Notes under the pieces: model-generated
Told to the model about the DNA's origin: nothing
Seen by the model: only the letters and a program-made list of their open reading frames with translations
Database searches by the model: none
Program-made: the position numbers and the translations under genes
Assembly: GCF_009914755.1 (NCBI RefSeq)
Contig: NC_060942.1
From: the human T2T-CHM13v2.0 reference genome, Homo sapiens
Direction: 5' to 3' (one strand)
Length of the DNA: 64,000 nt
In this document: positions 32,300 through 45,700 of the stretch, piece after piece
Position numbering within the stretch: the first letter of the stretch is position 1
How the letters are laid out: every line of letters starts with the position of its first letter

Positions 32300-32855
32300 G
32301 TCTGTGGGGAAAAGGGAACACTCATACACTGTTGGTGGGAATATAGATTGGTACAGCCATCATGGAAAACAATACCAAGGTTTCTAAGTAAGTTCAAAAT
32401 GGAACAATCATGTGACCCAGCAATTCCTCCTCTGCGAATATACATAAAGGAATGAAAACACCACCTTGTTAAGATACAGCACTCCCACGGTCATTGCACC
32501 ATTATTCACAATAGTCAAGATATAGAAACAACCCAGTGTTCACTTATGAAAAAAATGGTTAAAGAAACTGTGATAAGTATATACAATGGAATATGTATTC
32601 AGCTCTAATAAAGAATGGGATTATGTATTTGCAACAACATGGATGGGCCAGTAGGACATTATACTAACTGAAATAAGCCAAACACAAAAAGAAAAATATT
32701 GCATATTCTCACTTACATGTGAACTCTAAAAATAAAATTCAAATATATAGAGATAGAGAACAAAAAAGTGGGTCCCAGGGACATTGTTGGGGATGACGAA
32801 ATGGGCAGATGTAGGTCAGAGGCTACAAGGCAACAGAAATACATACAATACAAAT

Positions 32856-32892
<37 letters not shown>

Positions 32893-33295
32893 TCTCCATC
32901 ATATATACATATACATCTCCCCATCGTATATATATACACACATATATATATGTATCCTCTGACCTACATCTCCCCATTTCATCACATTATATATTATTAT
33001 ATTCATTATAATATATTTATATATATTTATATATGTATAATGAATCAGTCTGGAGATCTAATGTACAAGATGAGAAATACATGGTAACAGAACTGTACTG
33101 TATATGAGATTCATGCCAAATGAGTAGATTTTAACTGTTCTTGACACAAAAATAAATGAACAAAAAATAGGTAACTATGTGAGGTGATGTATATGCTAAT
33201 TTGCTAAACTACAGTAGCCTTGCCACTGTCTATATACATTATAACATCATGTGGCATACCTTAAATATATACAATGCAATTTATTTTTAAAAAAT
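32300..33295 (+). mobile_element. L1MA-like 3' region with an internal (CA)/(TA) tract
   Basis: CACTGTTGGTGGGAATATAGATTGGTACAGCC...ACCTTAAATATATACAAT. Confidence 0.8.
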
Positions 33296-34360
33296 AATTC
33301 TGGTAGTAGAAGTAGATTAAAAGCCCTCTATCTAATATCCGAACAGCAAAAACATTGATTAGCCCAAAAATAACAAAATGTTACATAAAATGTAACATGG
33401 AGAAAACGAAAATATTGCTCTTAGGACATGGATACATGATAACACAAATGAAAATTAAAATATATGATTTGGAGTTGAAAGTTGAATGAGTCACCCAGAA
33501 AGTAAACCACAAAGATAAGGATGTAATAAAAAAGGAAGTTTCTTAACATTAATTTAGCAATTAGTCCCCCAAATTCAGAGCTCCTTAAAAAAGAAGTTTA
33601 AAAGCGAGAGAATTAGAAAAACAAAATTCTTCCAAATGAAGGTCATGATGGTTTAGATGAATATATCCATCCAATAAGTAGCATAATAATACCAAAAAGA
33701 CAGAGCAAAGTTCATTTCATTAAAGTTCGTAACACTGGAATACAATAAACTGCCTGAAAGCAAGCAGTGATAGATAAATAAATGAGCACATATAGATGAT
33801 CAGAAATCAGAAACATTATCAGACTTCTCAACAAGCAACTCCAGAAATTATAAAACAATGTAGGTAAATGTTTAAAATTCTGAAGAAAGTGATTTACATC
33901 TTAGAATTGTACACATACTCAATTTACAATAATAATATAGATTAGAATAGTACATTATAAGACATACCAAATCTCCAAAAATTATCAACTTCTGTAACCT
34001 CTTTGCAGTTCACAAAATGATGTAAAAAACATGAGTTAGGAAGTAGAACTAAATAGAAAAGACTACAAGAGTATTTCCAGGATTATGATGAAAGTTGATG
34101 CCAGGTAAAAGATGTCTCAAAATAAAATAAAAGTGACACTCATATTATGTTCTGAGTTTGTCAGTATTTCTCGGAAATGTGTACTTCTATTGGAATGTTC
34201 CAGATTAGTAACTGCATCGAAAACTAAGCAAGAAACTATGAGGCACTTCATAACTTCAGGAAACATAAAATTATAATAGCAAAATAAATGCAATTATAGT
34301 ATACTACATTGGTCACTTGTAAATATATATATATATTTACAATGTTAAGATGGAACACGT

Positions 34361-34405
34361 GGCCGGGGGCAGTGGCTCACTTCTGTAATCCCAGAACTTT
34401 GGGAG
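34361..34405 (+). mobile_element. Alu 5' stub (45 nt)
   Basis: GGCCGGGGGCAGTGGCTCACTTCTGTAATCCCAGAACTTTGGGAG then non-Alu sequence. Confidence 0.8.
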
Positions 34406-35017
34406 AATATATAAAATATAAATAAGGGAGGAGTAAGTGAATTAACAAAGGCAAACAGCTTAAGACTGTGCTTATCTCACTGGATATTCTCAAGAAATAA
34501 TAGACATTATAATTAATGAAATGATATGTAATAGGACAAATAATACCATATATTTTGTTCAGCCATGGTATGGAGATAATAGGCCTTCACATTAAAATAA
34601 GGGTGATGATTTATAAATTATATACAACCATTAAATTTTCAGTAAATGAAAAAAAAATTTTCAGTAAATGCCACCTATTTATTTGGAAGATGAAGTATTT
34701 GGATATTAACAGCAACAAAAAGTGATCTTGAACCCATTGTTGAACTCAATGTTAACATGGAAGAAATCTTCAATTGAACTTCCTTAAGTAGAAACCTAAA
34801 TTCTTTTTTAGGCTTAAAAAGATTCTTGATATATTGTGAAGATAATCATTTTATTTCAATGTTTGTTTTTCAAATAAAGTGAATGCACTTTTTTTCTGAG
34901 TCCATTGAAATTTTTGTTCTAGAAAAGATTTCATTAAATCTTGTCACTGGCTACATAGTAACCATTTTGATTGTCAAAGGAATCCTTCACCATATATTTT
35001 CTACTGCCTTGCTTAAT

Positions 35018-35131
35018 AATGCTGTTGTTTATTCCATGCATCTAGTTTGACATTCACTCATTTCAATGTACCCCAATGCTGGTGTTTATTCCATGCATCT
35101 AGTTTGACATTCACTCATTTCAATGGACCCC
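35018..35131. repeat. Tandem duplication, 57 bp x 2
   Basis: AATGCTG(T/G)TGTTTATTCCATGCATCTAG...CAATG(T/G)ACCCC, two mismatches. Confidence 0.95.
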
Positions 35132-36734
35132 AGCAAAGTGATTCTATATTCCTTTAATAATCTGCTCTTAGAAACTAGTCATTTTCTTGACATTTAGAGT
35201 TCAAGGCTTTATTTACTTATTTCAGTACCAATGACTTATGAGGCAATCCCATAATCCTGACCACTGCTTTTTTAGCTTCTAGATCCTTAAAATTTTCAAT
35301 ACTCATTCTGTATTTCCTCTTTTTATAGTTAAACATCTTGGCCCCCACAAAGGTTTTTCCTCATGTATGCTCTATCCATTAATCTAGGTTGAGTAGAAAC
35401 AGTTGTCATTGTAACCTACTCCTTTATTTGACACTATAACTGCTGGCAAGAGAGGGAAGGAAGTTCTTCCTTCTCCCGTCGATTTTACTTTGTGGAGGTG
35501 AGAGAATTTGGAGCGCAGCAGTGAGGTGGAGCATTCAGGTAAAAACAAGCGTAATAGGAAGCTCAAAGGATATATGCCAGGTTCTAGACAAGAGCCACTT
35601 AAAATTTTCCCTATAAATGATTTTGAACTCTGGTCATAAATAATTATTGGAAACTAAATTTCAAACAACACTCAAGTGTATACTCTGACCTTTATCTAAT
35701 CGTTTGGGAAATCCTATCCTCTACCATAAATGTTAAGAACCTTTCAGTAAAAAGGTCAGGTGAGCTGAAGAGTCTTATGTAATCGATCCATAGGCATTGA
35801 CATTTGTTTTTGAATTTGGACAAATGTCCGTGTTGGACTTTGGCTCACTGACATATTTGAGTAATCGATCCTTTCAACTAACTCACACTTGCTAAATATT
35901 TTTCCACTCCTAGAAGAGAAAACTTAGGCCACAGATGTGAATCTTCACTAAAGTGTACCTTTGATGTTGCTATCACAACTAACACAATATTTTTGTCCAG
36001 AATCCTAAAGTTTTAACCTTGCTAAGTAAATAAAAGCTTGATACATCAAAATCAATACATATTTATAGTGTACAGTGGAAAAACATGTTTTATCTAGAAC
36101 TTGTCTATCTGTGCAAGAGTATAAATAAAATTCTGGAAGCAGGACACTGGGAATGATGGTGATATCTTGACACCCAAGGCATACATTCATATTTATGTTT
36201 GCTAAATGGGTTTACTTTTTACTTATGTAGCACTCAGAGACAGACAACTTTCTTAGGCAGTATGCTTTAGTTTATGGCACATGATCACACATTAAGACAG
36301 GTATCATGATGAATGTCACTTGTGTTGAAATAGTATACCTACAACAGACAGTAACCTTAAAAGATAAAAGATAGTGTTGATTTTAACATTTATTAAAGTT
36401 AAAAATATACTTTTTTTAAAGAACATAGATAAGGAAAAACATATTGCAATAGTAGCCTATGTAAGAAATGGTATGGAAAAATAAGCAGAAAATACATAAT
36501 GAATGAGCACAAAGAGAAGGGCTTTGTAGTTAATGCGTCAGGTGTTATATCTTCCTAATTGCTTTTTAGTTTAGAATAGATTCTCTCACTATTTCCCCAT
36601 AAATTGGTGTTTTAAACAATCAGATTAGTTCAGTGATAGAATATACTATATTCTGTATTGGTCTAATTGATTGTTAATGGTATCCTTTGTTCTTCTACGT
36701 TCTGTATTTCCTGCAAACAAGAATTAAGTCTAGA

Positions 36735-36923
36735 CCAGGATTTTCTCCCGCTATTGACATGTTGTGGGGTGCCACCGTGTACATTGTAGGATGTTTAGCA
36801 GTACTCCTGGTTTCTATCCACCAGATGCCAGTAGTACTTCTTCAGATGTGACAACTAAAATCATTTTCAGACTTTGCAAAATGTCTCCTCAGGACAAAAT
36901 CATCAGGGTTGAGAACCACTGAC
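36735..36923 (+). mobile_element. MER20 (hAT-Charlie)
   Basis: CATTGTAGGATGTTTAGCAG...CCAGATGCCAGTAG...GGTTGAGAACCACTG. Confidence 0.8.
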
Positions 36924-37387
36924 TGACAGACTAGACTCAGGTTAACATATTTTTAGTAAGAATAATATATAAAATCTCCATGGATTTCCTAATGCTTCAT
37001 ATCAAGAGAAACAATGCCATGTTGTTCAGCTATTACCCATGCTAAATATGATCACTTGGTTAAGGTATGGACTGCCAGCTTTCTCCAATATAATACTCAC
37101 TTTGAAGTTAGTAAGTCATGTGTGGTATAACATTTTGATTCCTGAATTTATTGTTTTCTCCAGAAACCCTTTATCTAATGATTCTGGAACCTACTGATGA
37201 TCTTTATGTAAATTTATTATAATTGGTAGTTGCAAAAGTTACTCTATCAATTTACACTTTTGAGCTACCATTTTCCTGTCCCTCCCAGTAGTTTTTCTTT
37301 GTTTTTTTTTTTCTTTGTCTCTTTTTCTCTATTTAACATTATAGATTCATGAATTAATTTTCTTAGGGTGTTATAAATGAATATTGT

Positions 37388-38078
<691 letters not shown>

Positions 38079-38495
38079 TTTTCTCTTTTATTCAGATTCT
38101 CAAATTGTCCCAAAGCTAACCAGTTGGATCCCTTTTAGGCTAAAACTACTGTTCCTATAGTATTTTGCATAAATCAATGAGTGCTTAATTGCTTTCAGGC
38201 ATGCATGTGTTCTGTGTTCATCCTGTACTTTCCTCGCAGCAGCACTGACATCAAGCATTTCTTCAAACAGCCCTGGCATATCTTACTGGAGATATTAGGA
38301 TGCTGGCCATCTTCACTTTCCTTGCAGTGTAATTGCTTCCATATCCTTTCAGTGGACAGGGATAGAACCAGTCACATTTATATTGCTAATTCCTCATTTA
38401 CATTTACCATTAAATGTTCATTGCTTACCTTTTTTTTTTAAACCTGGCTTATAATTTACACACAGTTTAATGCACGGATATTGAATGATAATGAA

Positions 38496-38796
38496 TTTTT
38501 TTTTTTCTGTTTCTGTTTTGTTTTTGAGACAGGGTCTCATGTTTCTGCCCAGGCTGGAGTGCAGTGGCACAATTATGGCTCACTGCAGCTTCGACCTTCT
38601 GGGCTCAAGTGATCCTCTCATCTCAGCCTCCTGAGTAACTGAGACCAAAGGCACATGCCACCACGCCTGACTAAATTTTGTAAAGTTGGAGTCTCACCAT
38701 GTTACCTAGGCTGCTTAAATTCCTGGGCTCAAGTGGTCCACTCGGTTGGGCCTACCAAATTTTGGGGATTATAGACTTGGGCGACCACACCCTGCC
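38496..38796 (-). mobile_element. AluJ
   Basis: Diverged reverse Alu. Confidence 0.85.
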
Positions 38797-39807
38797 TTGA
38801 GTGATAATGGTTGATGTATCACAAAACGCACAAGCAACTGTATAATGCACTCCCTTACCAAGATATAGAAGATTTTTTCCATCTTGAAAAGTTCTTATGT
38901 CCCTTCCTGGTCAATTCCTTGCTTTAGAGATAGTATATATTAATGCTGTCAGTTCTAGAACTTTATAGGCCATAAATATTCTATTGTGTCGGCCTTGTTT
39001 TGTTCATCAAATTGTTTTTGGATTTATTCATAGTGTCTCATCTATTGGTAGTTTTTTATCTTTTATGTAGTAACAATAGACTACTACCCCTTTGTATGAA
39101 TATACTGAGATTTATCTATTCTGTTCATAAACATTTGTTTCATTTTTTTCTAGACTTTGACTATAATGAATAAAGCTGCTAATATATTCTTATGTAACTA
39201 TTATCTGTTTATTAATCATAGGAGTGGGACTTATTTCTTTAGGAATAGAATTACTGGTTCATAATGTAGCTGTAAATGTTTTATTTTTAGAAAACTGGCA
39301 AACAATTTTCTAATGTGATTGTCCCTTTTCTTAACAATTTTTTATCTGTATCTCTTTTAAACTGTTTCCTAATAATGTTAATGCATGTGGTTATTTGCTT
39401 TATTTTAAAATATATATAACATTCTCGCAGACTTCTAACAGTATTATTATACGTAATAGCCCTTTTAAGTGATGCTTAAGGTTTCTGTGCAATCCTTTTT
39501 GCTCTGAACATCTATCCCACTGGATATTAAATTAGAGTTCTGTGTTCACAGGTCACTTAAACTATATTCTGTGGTTATGTAATCAAATTGATATATAGTT
39601 ACTTCATGTGTATCCAATATTGGGGTTCCCCTTTTCCTTCTTTTCCTGATTTAATTCATGCTGGAGGATATTATTACAGTTTTTGCTTTTCCATGTGGTG
39701 ATTTTATGCAAAATATTTGTATAAGCTGCAGAGCTTTGATTCTCATTTTGTTTTCTACTTCTAGTAGCTTTGTATAGATGTTGCATTCCTTTTTCTGTGA
39801 CAAAGTG

Positions 39808-40191
39808 TGTATTGTTTTGCTCAGGCTATACTGCAGAATGGAAGGCTTAAACAGCAGACATTATTTTCTCACAGTTCTGGAGGATGGAAGTCCATGATCA
39901 AAGTGCTGGCAAGTTCAGTCTCTGGTGAGGTCTCTTTTCTGGGCTTGTAGATGGTTGCCTTCTCACTTGTGTCATTACATGGTCTTTCCTCTGTGCTCAC
40001 TTGGAGAGAGGGATCTCTGGTACATCTTCCTTTTCTTATAAGGACATCAGTTCCATTGGATTAAGGCCCCACCCTAATGTATCCTCTTAATCTTTGTTAC
40101 CTATTTATAGAACCTATCTCCAAATATTATCACACTGGGGATAAGACTTCTAAAGACAAATATTGGGGGGTACACAATTCAGTCCATAACA
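39808..40191 (-). mobile_element. MLT1 (A-C-like) LTR
   Basis: TTCTCACAGTTCTGGAGG.TGGAAGTCC...ACACAATTCAGTCCATAACA. Confidence 0.8.
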
Positions 40192-43100
40192 GTTGGGTAG
40201 GATTTTCCAGGGATAGCAAGAATAAGAGGTAACAGGTGGGTTCTATGGGAGAAAGTGGAATAATAAAAATTACGAGTTGTGTACTTAATTTCTTAGTTGT
40301 AATATGCCCTCTTTTGTCGATACAGTGAAGGGACACTTTTTAAAAATCCAAGCTTTTGGGTAGGAGGATGAAAATCAATTTGTCTTATGATTCTTTGATA
40401 ATTCCCTTAATATCAACTTATTGCTTTCCTCCTGTCCCTTTCCAGGAAGTTTCTAAATGACAGCCCTGCTTTCCAAGATACCCCTTGCAATCTAGAGTGC
40501 TACCCATGACCTTGAAAAACCTGAAAACAATGACCCTTGTACTTTCTAATCTCCTTTATTACATTTCTGATAGTAGCTTGTGTTCTGGCTCTCCAGGTCT
40601 GAGATCTGTTCTCAGTTATTTCCCTGCTTAAGGTGATGTGGCTACCTTTACAGGACATCCACCATAGCGCATGTTTTCTCTTCTGCACCATCCCCATCTG
40701 ACTCTGCTCCCACATGGTCTCCAGAGAAGTCTCTGCTGCCCTCAGACATTTATTGCACCTCTTACATATCCGTCAAGTTTCTATAAGTCTAAGCCTCTTT
40801 ATTGTGTTGACAGGTTTGCAGCTACCAGTGATTTTATTTTTTTCTCATTTTTGATCTTTGGAGGTTGGCTTGAGAGAGTGAGATTTAGTCTGTGTTCACG
40901 TTCTAAACTATGCAATTTTCAAAGGATACTATTTTATAGCCATAGTCATCTATTTTTGTATTGATTACAAAAAATTACTTTAAGAGACTGATTTATTTGG
41001 ATATTACAAAACAGACATCTAAATAAGTCTAGCAAATAAATTCAATGTAATTTAAGACTGAAAGATAAACACATTCAAATCTTGAGGGATACTGCAAAGC
41101 TTAAAAATAGGTATAACATCAATACATATGTAAGGAAATAGTTGTGTCTGGCATTAGACAATGGCTCTCATATCTCAATTACAGGGAGTGTAGTTGAACC
41201 CAGCTGCTACCTTCTGAATATTTGCAAATCAATTACTGGAACATTCACATTGGTTTTAGGTGACTCTTCACTGGCCTGCCAAGTGGCATATAGTGCATTC
41301 TTTTGGGAGTTTTCTCCATTGACTAGGTCCATTTAAAAAGTGATTGTCATCTTGGTACAACTTGAGGAAAAAGTAAATACACTATTTTGTATTTGAAGTG
41401 GCTGTTGATGTTTTCTTCTTTAGGAAATAAATTTATGACTTTAGACATTTTTGAGTTGAATTTGGAAGTTAATAAATATTTTCTCTAAATGATTTCAGTT
41501 CTCCCTCATAACACTAGGTTGTAGGAAAGAGTTTTCTTATGTTATAAAAAAGAAAAATTGAGGCAATCAGTCTAAAAGGAGAATTGGGACTCATCTGTAG
41601 GTTATTTTATTAAAAATCCTCTCTGCCTCACTGTGTTCACTACTATAAAATGTAAAACAGCTCTGGCAATAGCAGTAAGAGTTCAGAGCCAATGTACGGA
41701 GAAGTCCTTTTCATGTTATGTTATGGTAAGTCTAGTAACTGGATTCTTTTAGAGTGCTGTCTTAATTTTGCTTTGTGTGTAATCATTGTCATTGAAATAC
41801 AGAAGGGCTTTTTCCTGGAGACTATCATTATCTGCTTTCTCTTTCACTTAACAGTTATTTATGGAGCACACATACAGTGTGTGTCTGGTGCTGGGCTTAT
41901 GAGCAAAATGACACAGTCCTGGTTTCATAAAGCTTACATTCCAGTTGTTGTTAATGATTACAATTGTCAGTATCTTTTCAACAATATCAAGCCATGGCAG
42001 TTGAAGAATGAGTAAATAGCTATGTTTAGAAAATGATCCAATGTTTTATCCTTCGGAATAATCACAATATTACAGTTTTTACAAGCAACTCAACTGATTC
42101 TGATATTCATACTTATTTTTCAGAACCAGTCCGTGTTTGTCCAGTTTCCTTTTATACCATGTTCTCCCCAAATCCTAACATTCCATAACTGCACAGACTC
42201 TTCTTGGTCTTGCACTGTTCAAACATTTTTCTTGCTTTCTGTGCTTGGTACACTCTGGGTCTGGCTGTGCTTTTCTGCCTTATTAAACTTCAATTTGCAG
42301 CTTAAATATCAATCATTTCCTCAAACAACCTTCTCCTTTTACCTGATTTATTGCAGGCCTTTCTATGACACTCAATTTTTTTTCCTTTGTAAAAAGATGC
42401 CCAATGTTACTCATATTCTATTTGTATTTTTAAAGTCATATATTCAGTTCCTCTTTGTTTCTTGATACATAAATAAGCTCAATAAATATTCATTCAGTAA
42501 GTGTAGTATTGGATATTTATGTACTTTTTCTCGACGTTTAATAAGAAATTGATGTCATTAAGTGAACAAATATTTTAGTGCTTACTGTACAAAGAATGTA
42601 CTTTTACATTAAAATTTTCAGAAAACAGGTTTCAGTAATTTCTGCATTATCTGAAATTCATTTAATGCTAGAACACGCTATTGGTTAAAATTCACAGTTG
42701 AGTTAGAATTAAAATATTTTAGGAGTTTCTCTTCATCATCAGAAGCAAAGCAATGGAATTCTATTTCCATTTGATAGAATTATTGTAATTTTTATGATAA
42801 ACTCTGAGAGCTTAAAATATTACCTGACTTTTTATTTATCATTTTAAGGTACATGCAATTAAATGCTTTTTAAGTTAGTGAATTTTCATATGATTCTTGG
42901 AAAAGAATGATGTGATAAGAAACAGTTTTACAAAATAAAAACTAAAACTTCTTATAATTTTATAAGACTTTTACTTTTTAATATATGTTATACACATATA
43001 TTTATCAAATAATTTGTATGTTTTGATAAATCTGCCAATAGTAAAACATCAGAAGGCATTATTTAAGCTTTGTTGTTGCTACTGCTAAAATCATTACTTA

Positions 43101-44717
43101 AAAAAAATCTTAAGAGTTAAAATTTATTCATTCAGACCATGTATTACTTATTTAAAACCTTGGTTCTACTTGTTATCTGTTATTTAATGTTAAATCAATT
43201 TATTTAATTTTAACATTTAAAAGAATACTGCAAGTTCACAAAGACTTGACACAGCATATTTGTCCTTGCCCAAAAATACATTTGCTCTCCTTATATTAAT
43301 TTTTCATTGCTAAGTTGCTGCCTTCTTGTGGCAACTTTATCATTTTTATTCTGATAAGTGAGGCAATGATAGAAACTTTAAGTATTAATCTTAACAATGA
43401 AAGTAATGGCAGGTACTAAATTAAATTGTGATATAATATTTTCACCTCATATTCCCAAACAAGCATCCCAAATGTCAAACTACATCATCTAAAATTTGAC
43501 CCTTAGTTTATTATATATAATTGGTAAATGAGGTCTAGTGCCAAGAACGTAATTTTGGTTTCCTACATTTTGGAAGCCAGAACATCTCTTAGATTTGGGA
43601 ACAGAACATTTTCTACAATAATGGTACAATTATATATATATGAAAAAGCAGTTTTTAGGCTTTTATATCATAATTTATTATGATACTATAAAGGATATTG
43701 TTGAAATGTAACATTTTTCTAAATGTTGACTAAGTTGTTGGGCTTTTAGAATTTAGCATGTCATAGCAACAGATTTTATAACAGTATAATAATTATAAAG
43801 TATGTTGCAATGAAGCCATTACAATCAACAATGTTAAAACAAGTAATTTAGAATTTTTATCCTTTTGAGATATTTTTAAAATGCCTCATACTCTAATCAT
43901 CCTAAATAGTTTGCAAGGAATTTTGAGTAATTGACCCTCTTCTGTCCCTACAATACCACAAATATGGTATTTGTGCTATTGTATTTATGGTATTATATGT
44001 ATGGTATCATACTAATTTTACTAGTAAGAAAACTTAATAAGATAATAAATTTCTTGTCCAGAATTAGACAGTGAGTAAATGGTGGGACCAGGATGAGATT
44101 CTAATAGATTTTCTACTGTAAAGAGTTACTCTGCTGTATAGATTTATGCAATAAATTACATTGATGTCTCGATATCCATATGCCTAAATATATGAGAGAA
44201 ACATACATTTAAAAAATTTATATTACCACAGTGTTTCTCCTTTAAGTGTTACATTGCTAGACAAAGTGCTTTCTAATTACTTTGATTAATTTCACTTCTC
44301 ACAAACCTTGTCAGATTAAATAAGTTGTCTACATTGGGGTAGATGAAGTTACCTGACTAAGCTTATCCAGAGAATAAATGGTGAAGTCACATTAGAATGC
44401 ATAGCTCAGGACTATAATTTAGAGACAAAAAAGCTACTATTCACTTCTACTTACAATGTCCACAGAAAAATTATAGCAGACGAATATAATTTCATCTCAT
44501 AATAATAAGCACTTAGATGTAATAAAACTGCAGAAAATAAATACATTTGATATTGCCTCTTTAAAACTTAAAGACATTAAAATAACAAAAACCAAAGGAG
44601 ATATTAAAATTATCTTAAATCAGAATTTCTAGAGTAGGCTTCTGGTCATTGATAGTAATAAAAATCTCCTCATGTTGATATACCATGCAGCCTTGGTTGA
44701 GAACCATGGGAAGAGGG

Positions 44718-44890
44718 CAGAGGTTGACAAAACTTTAGTGTAAAGGACCACAAAGTAACTATTTTGGGCTTTACTACCTATATGGTCTCTCTCTCAACAG
44801 CTTAACTTACCCATTGTGTGTGAAGGCAGTTATAGGCAAAGTGTGAAGAAATGAGCGTGGCCATGTCCCAATACGATTTTATTTGTGGTA
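44718..44890 (+). mobile_element. MER58A-like hAT element
   Basis: CAGAGGTTGACAAAACTT...TGTAAAGGACCA...GAGCGTGGCCATGTCCCAATA. Confidence 0.7.
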
Positions 44891-45490
44891 TAGTTTGAAT
44901 TTTATATAATTTAATGTTGAAAATGTTTTAATGTAAAATTTTAAAATATAAAATGATAAATTATATATATTTTTTCAATATAAAATTAAATTACTTTTTG
45001 CATTACCTTTTGGCAACTGCAAATGTTGCATAGATAGAGAGATAGAGAGATAGAGATAGAGAGATCCATATAGCATCTGTCTATTCCCTAGATAATTGAG
45101 TGAATGAATAAATGAAATATATCCAATCAAAATTGCCCATGAAATGATATTGTGTCTTCTCCACTGAGAATGTTTATCAGTTGAGAGTGGAGATTAATGT
45201 TCCCAAGAGCAGCAGTTCTTCACTTGACACATATATTTGAAAAATATGGTACATATGGCTGTAGAGATAGTTACATGAACCAAGAGGAAAAGTATATTTA
45301 TCTACGGTTTGGCCTGATCTTAGGATTTTTGTATTTTTCTCATGTTTTCAAACAAATAGAATTTTCTTTTTAAAATTGTATCAGTGGACATATCCATGAA
45401 CTTTTCTTAATGGGAGTCTGGTTGTGGGTGGCATTATCTTTTGGCAATTGCAAATGCTGCATGCTGCTTCTTTGTGTTTTCTGTGTGTAG

Positions 45491-45700
45491 CTAGAGAGAT
45501 TGCAAGCTGAAAATACCTCGGAGTGGGACAAGAGGGAAATACTTGAAAGAGAAAAGCAGGGACTGGAGAGAGAAAATAGAAGGCTGAAGATCCAGGTGAA
45601 AGAAATGGAAGAGCTTTTGGATAAGAAAAATAGATTAAGTGCAAACTCTCAAAGTCCTGATTTCAAGATGTCACAAATTGATCTGCAAGAAAAAAACCAG
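45491..45700 (+). CDS. CCDC102B: Internal coding exon (210 nt, phase 0/0) of CCDC102B
   Basis: Acceptor TTTTCTGTGTGTAG, donor CAG|GTATGG; LERLQAENTSEWDKREILEREKQGLERENRRLKIQVKEMEELL...QEKNQ is the CCDC102 family coiled-coil motif. Confidence 0.9.
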
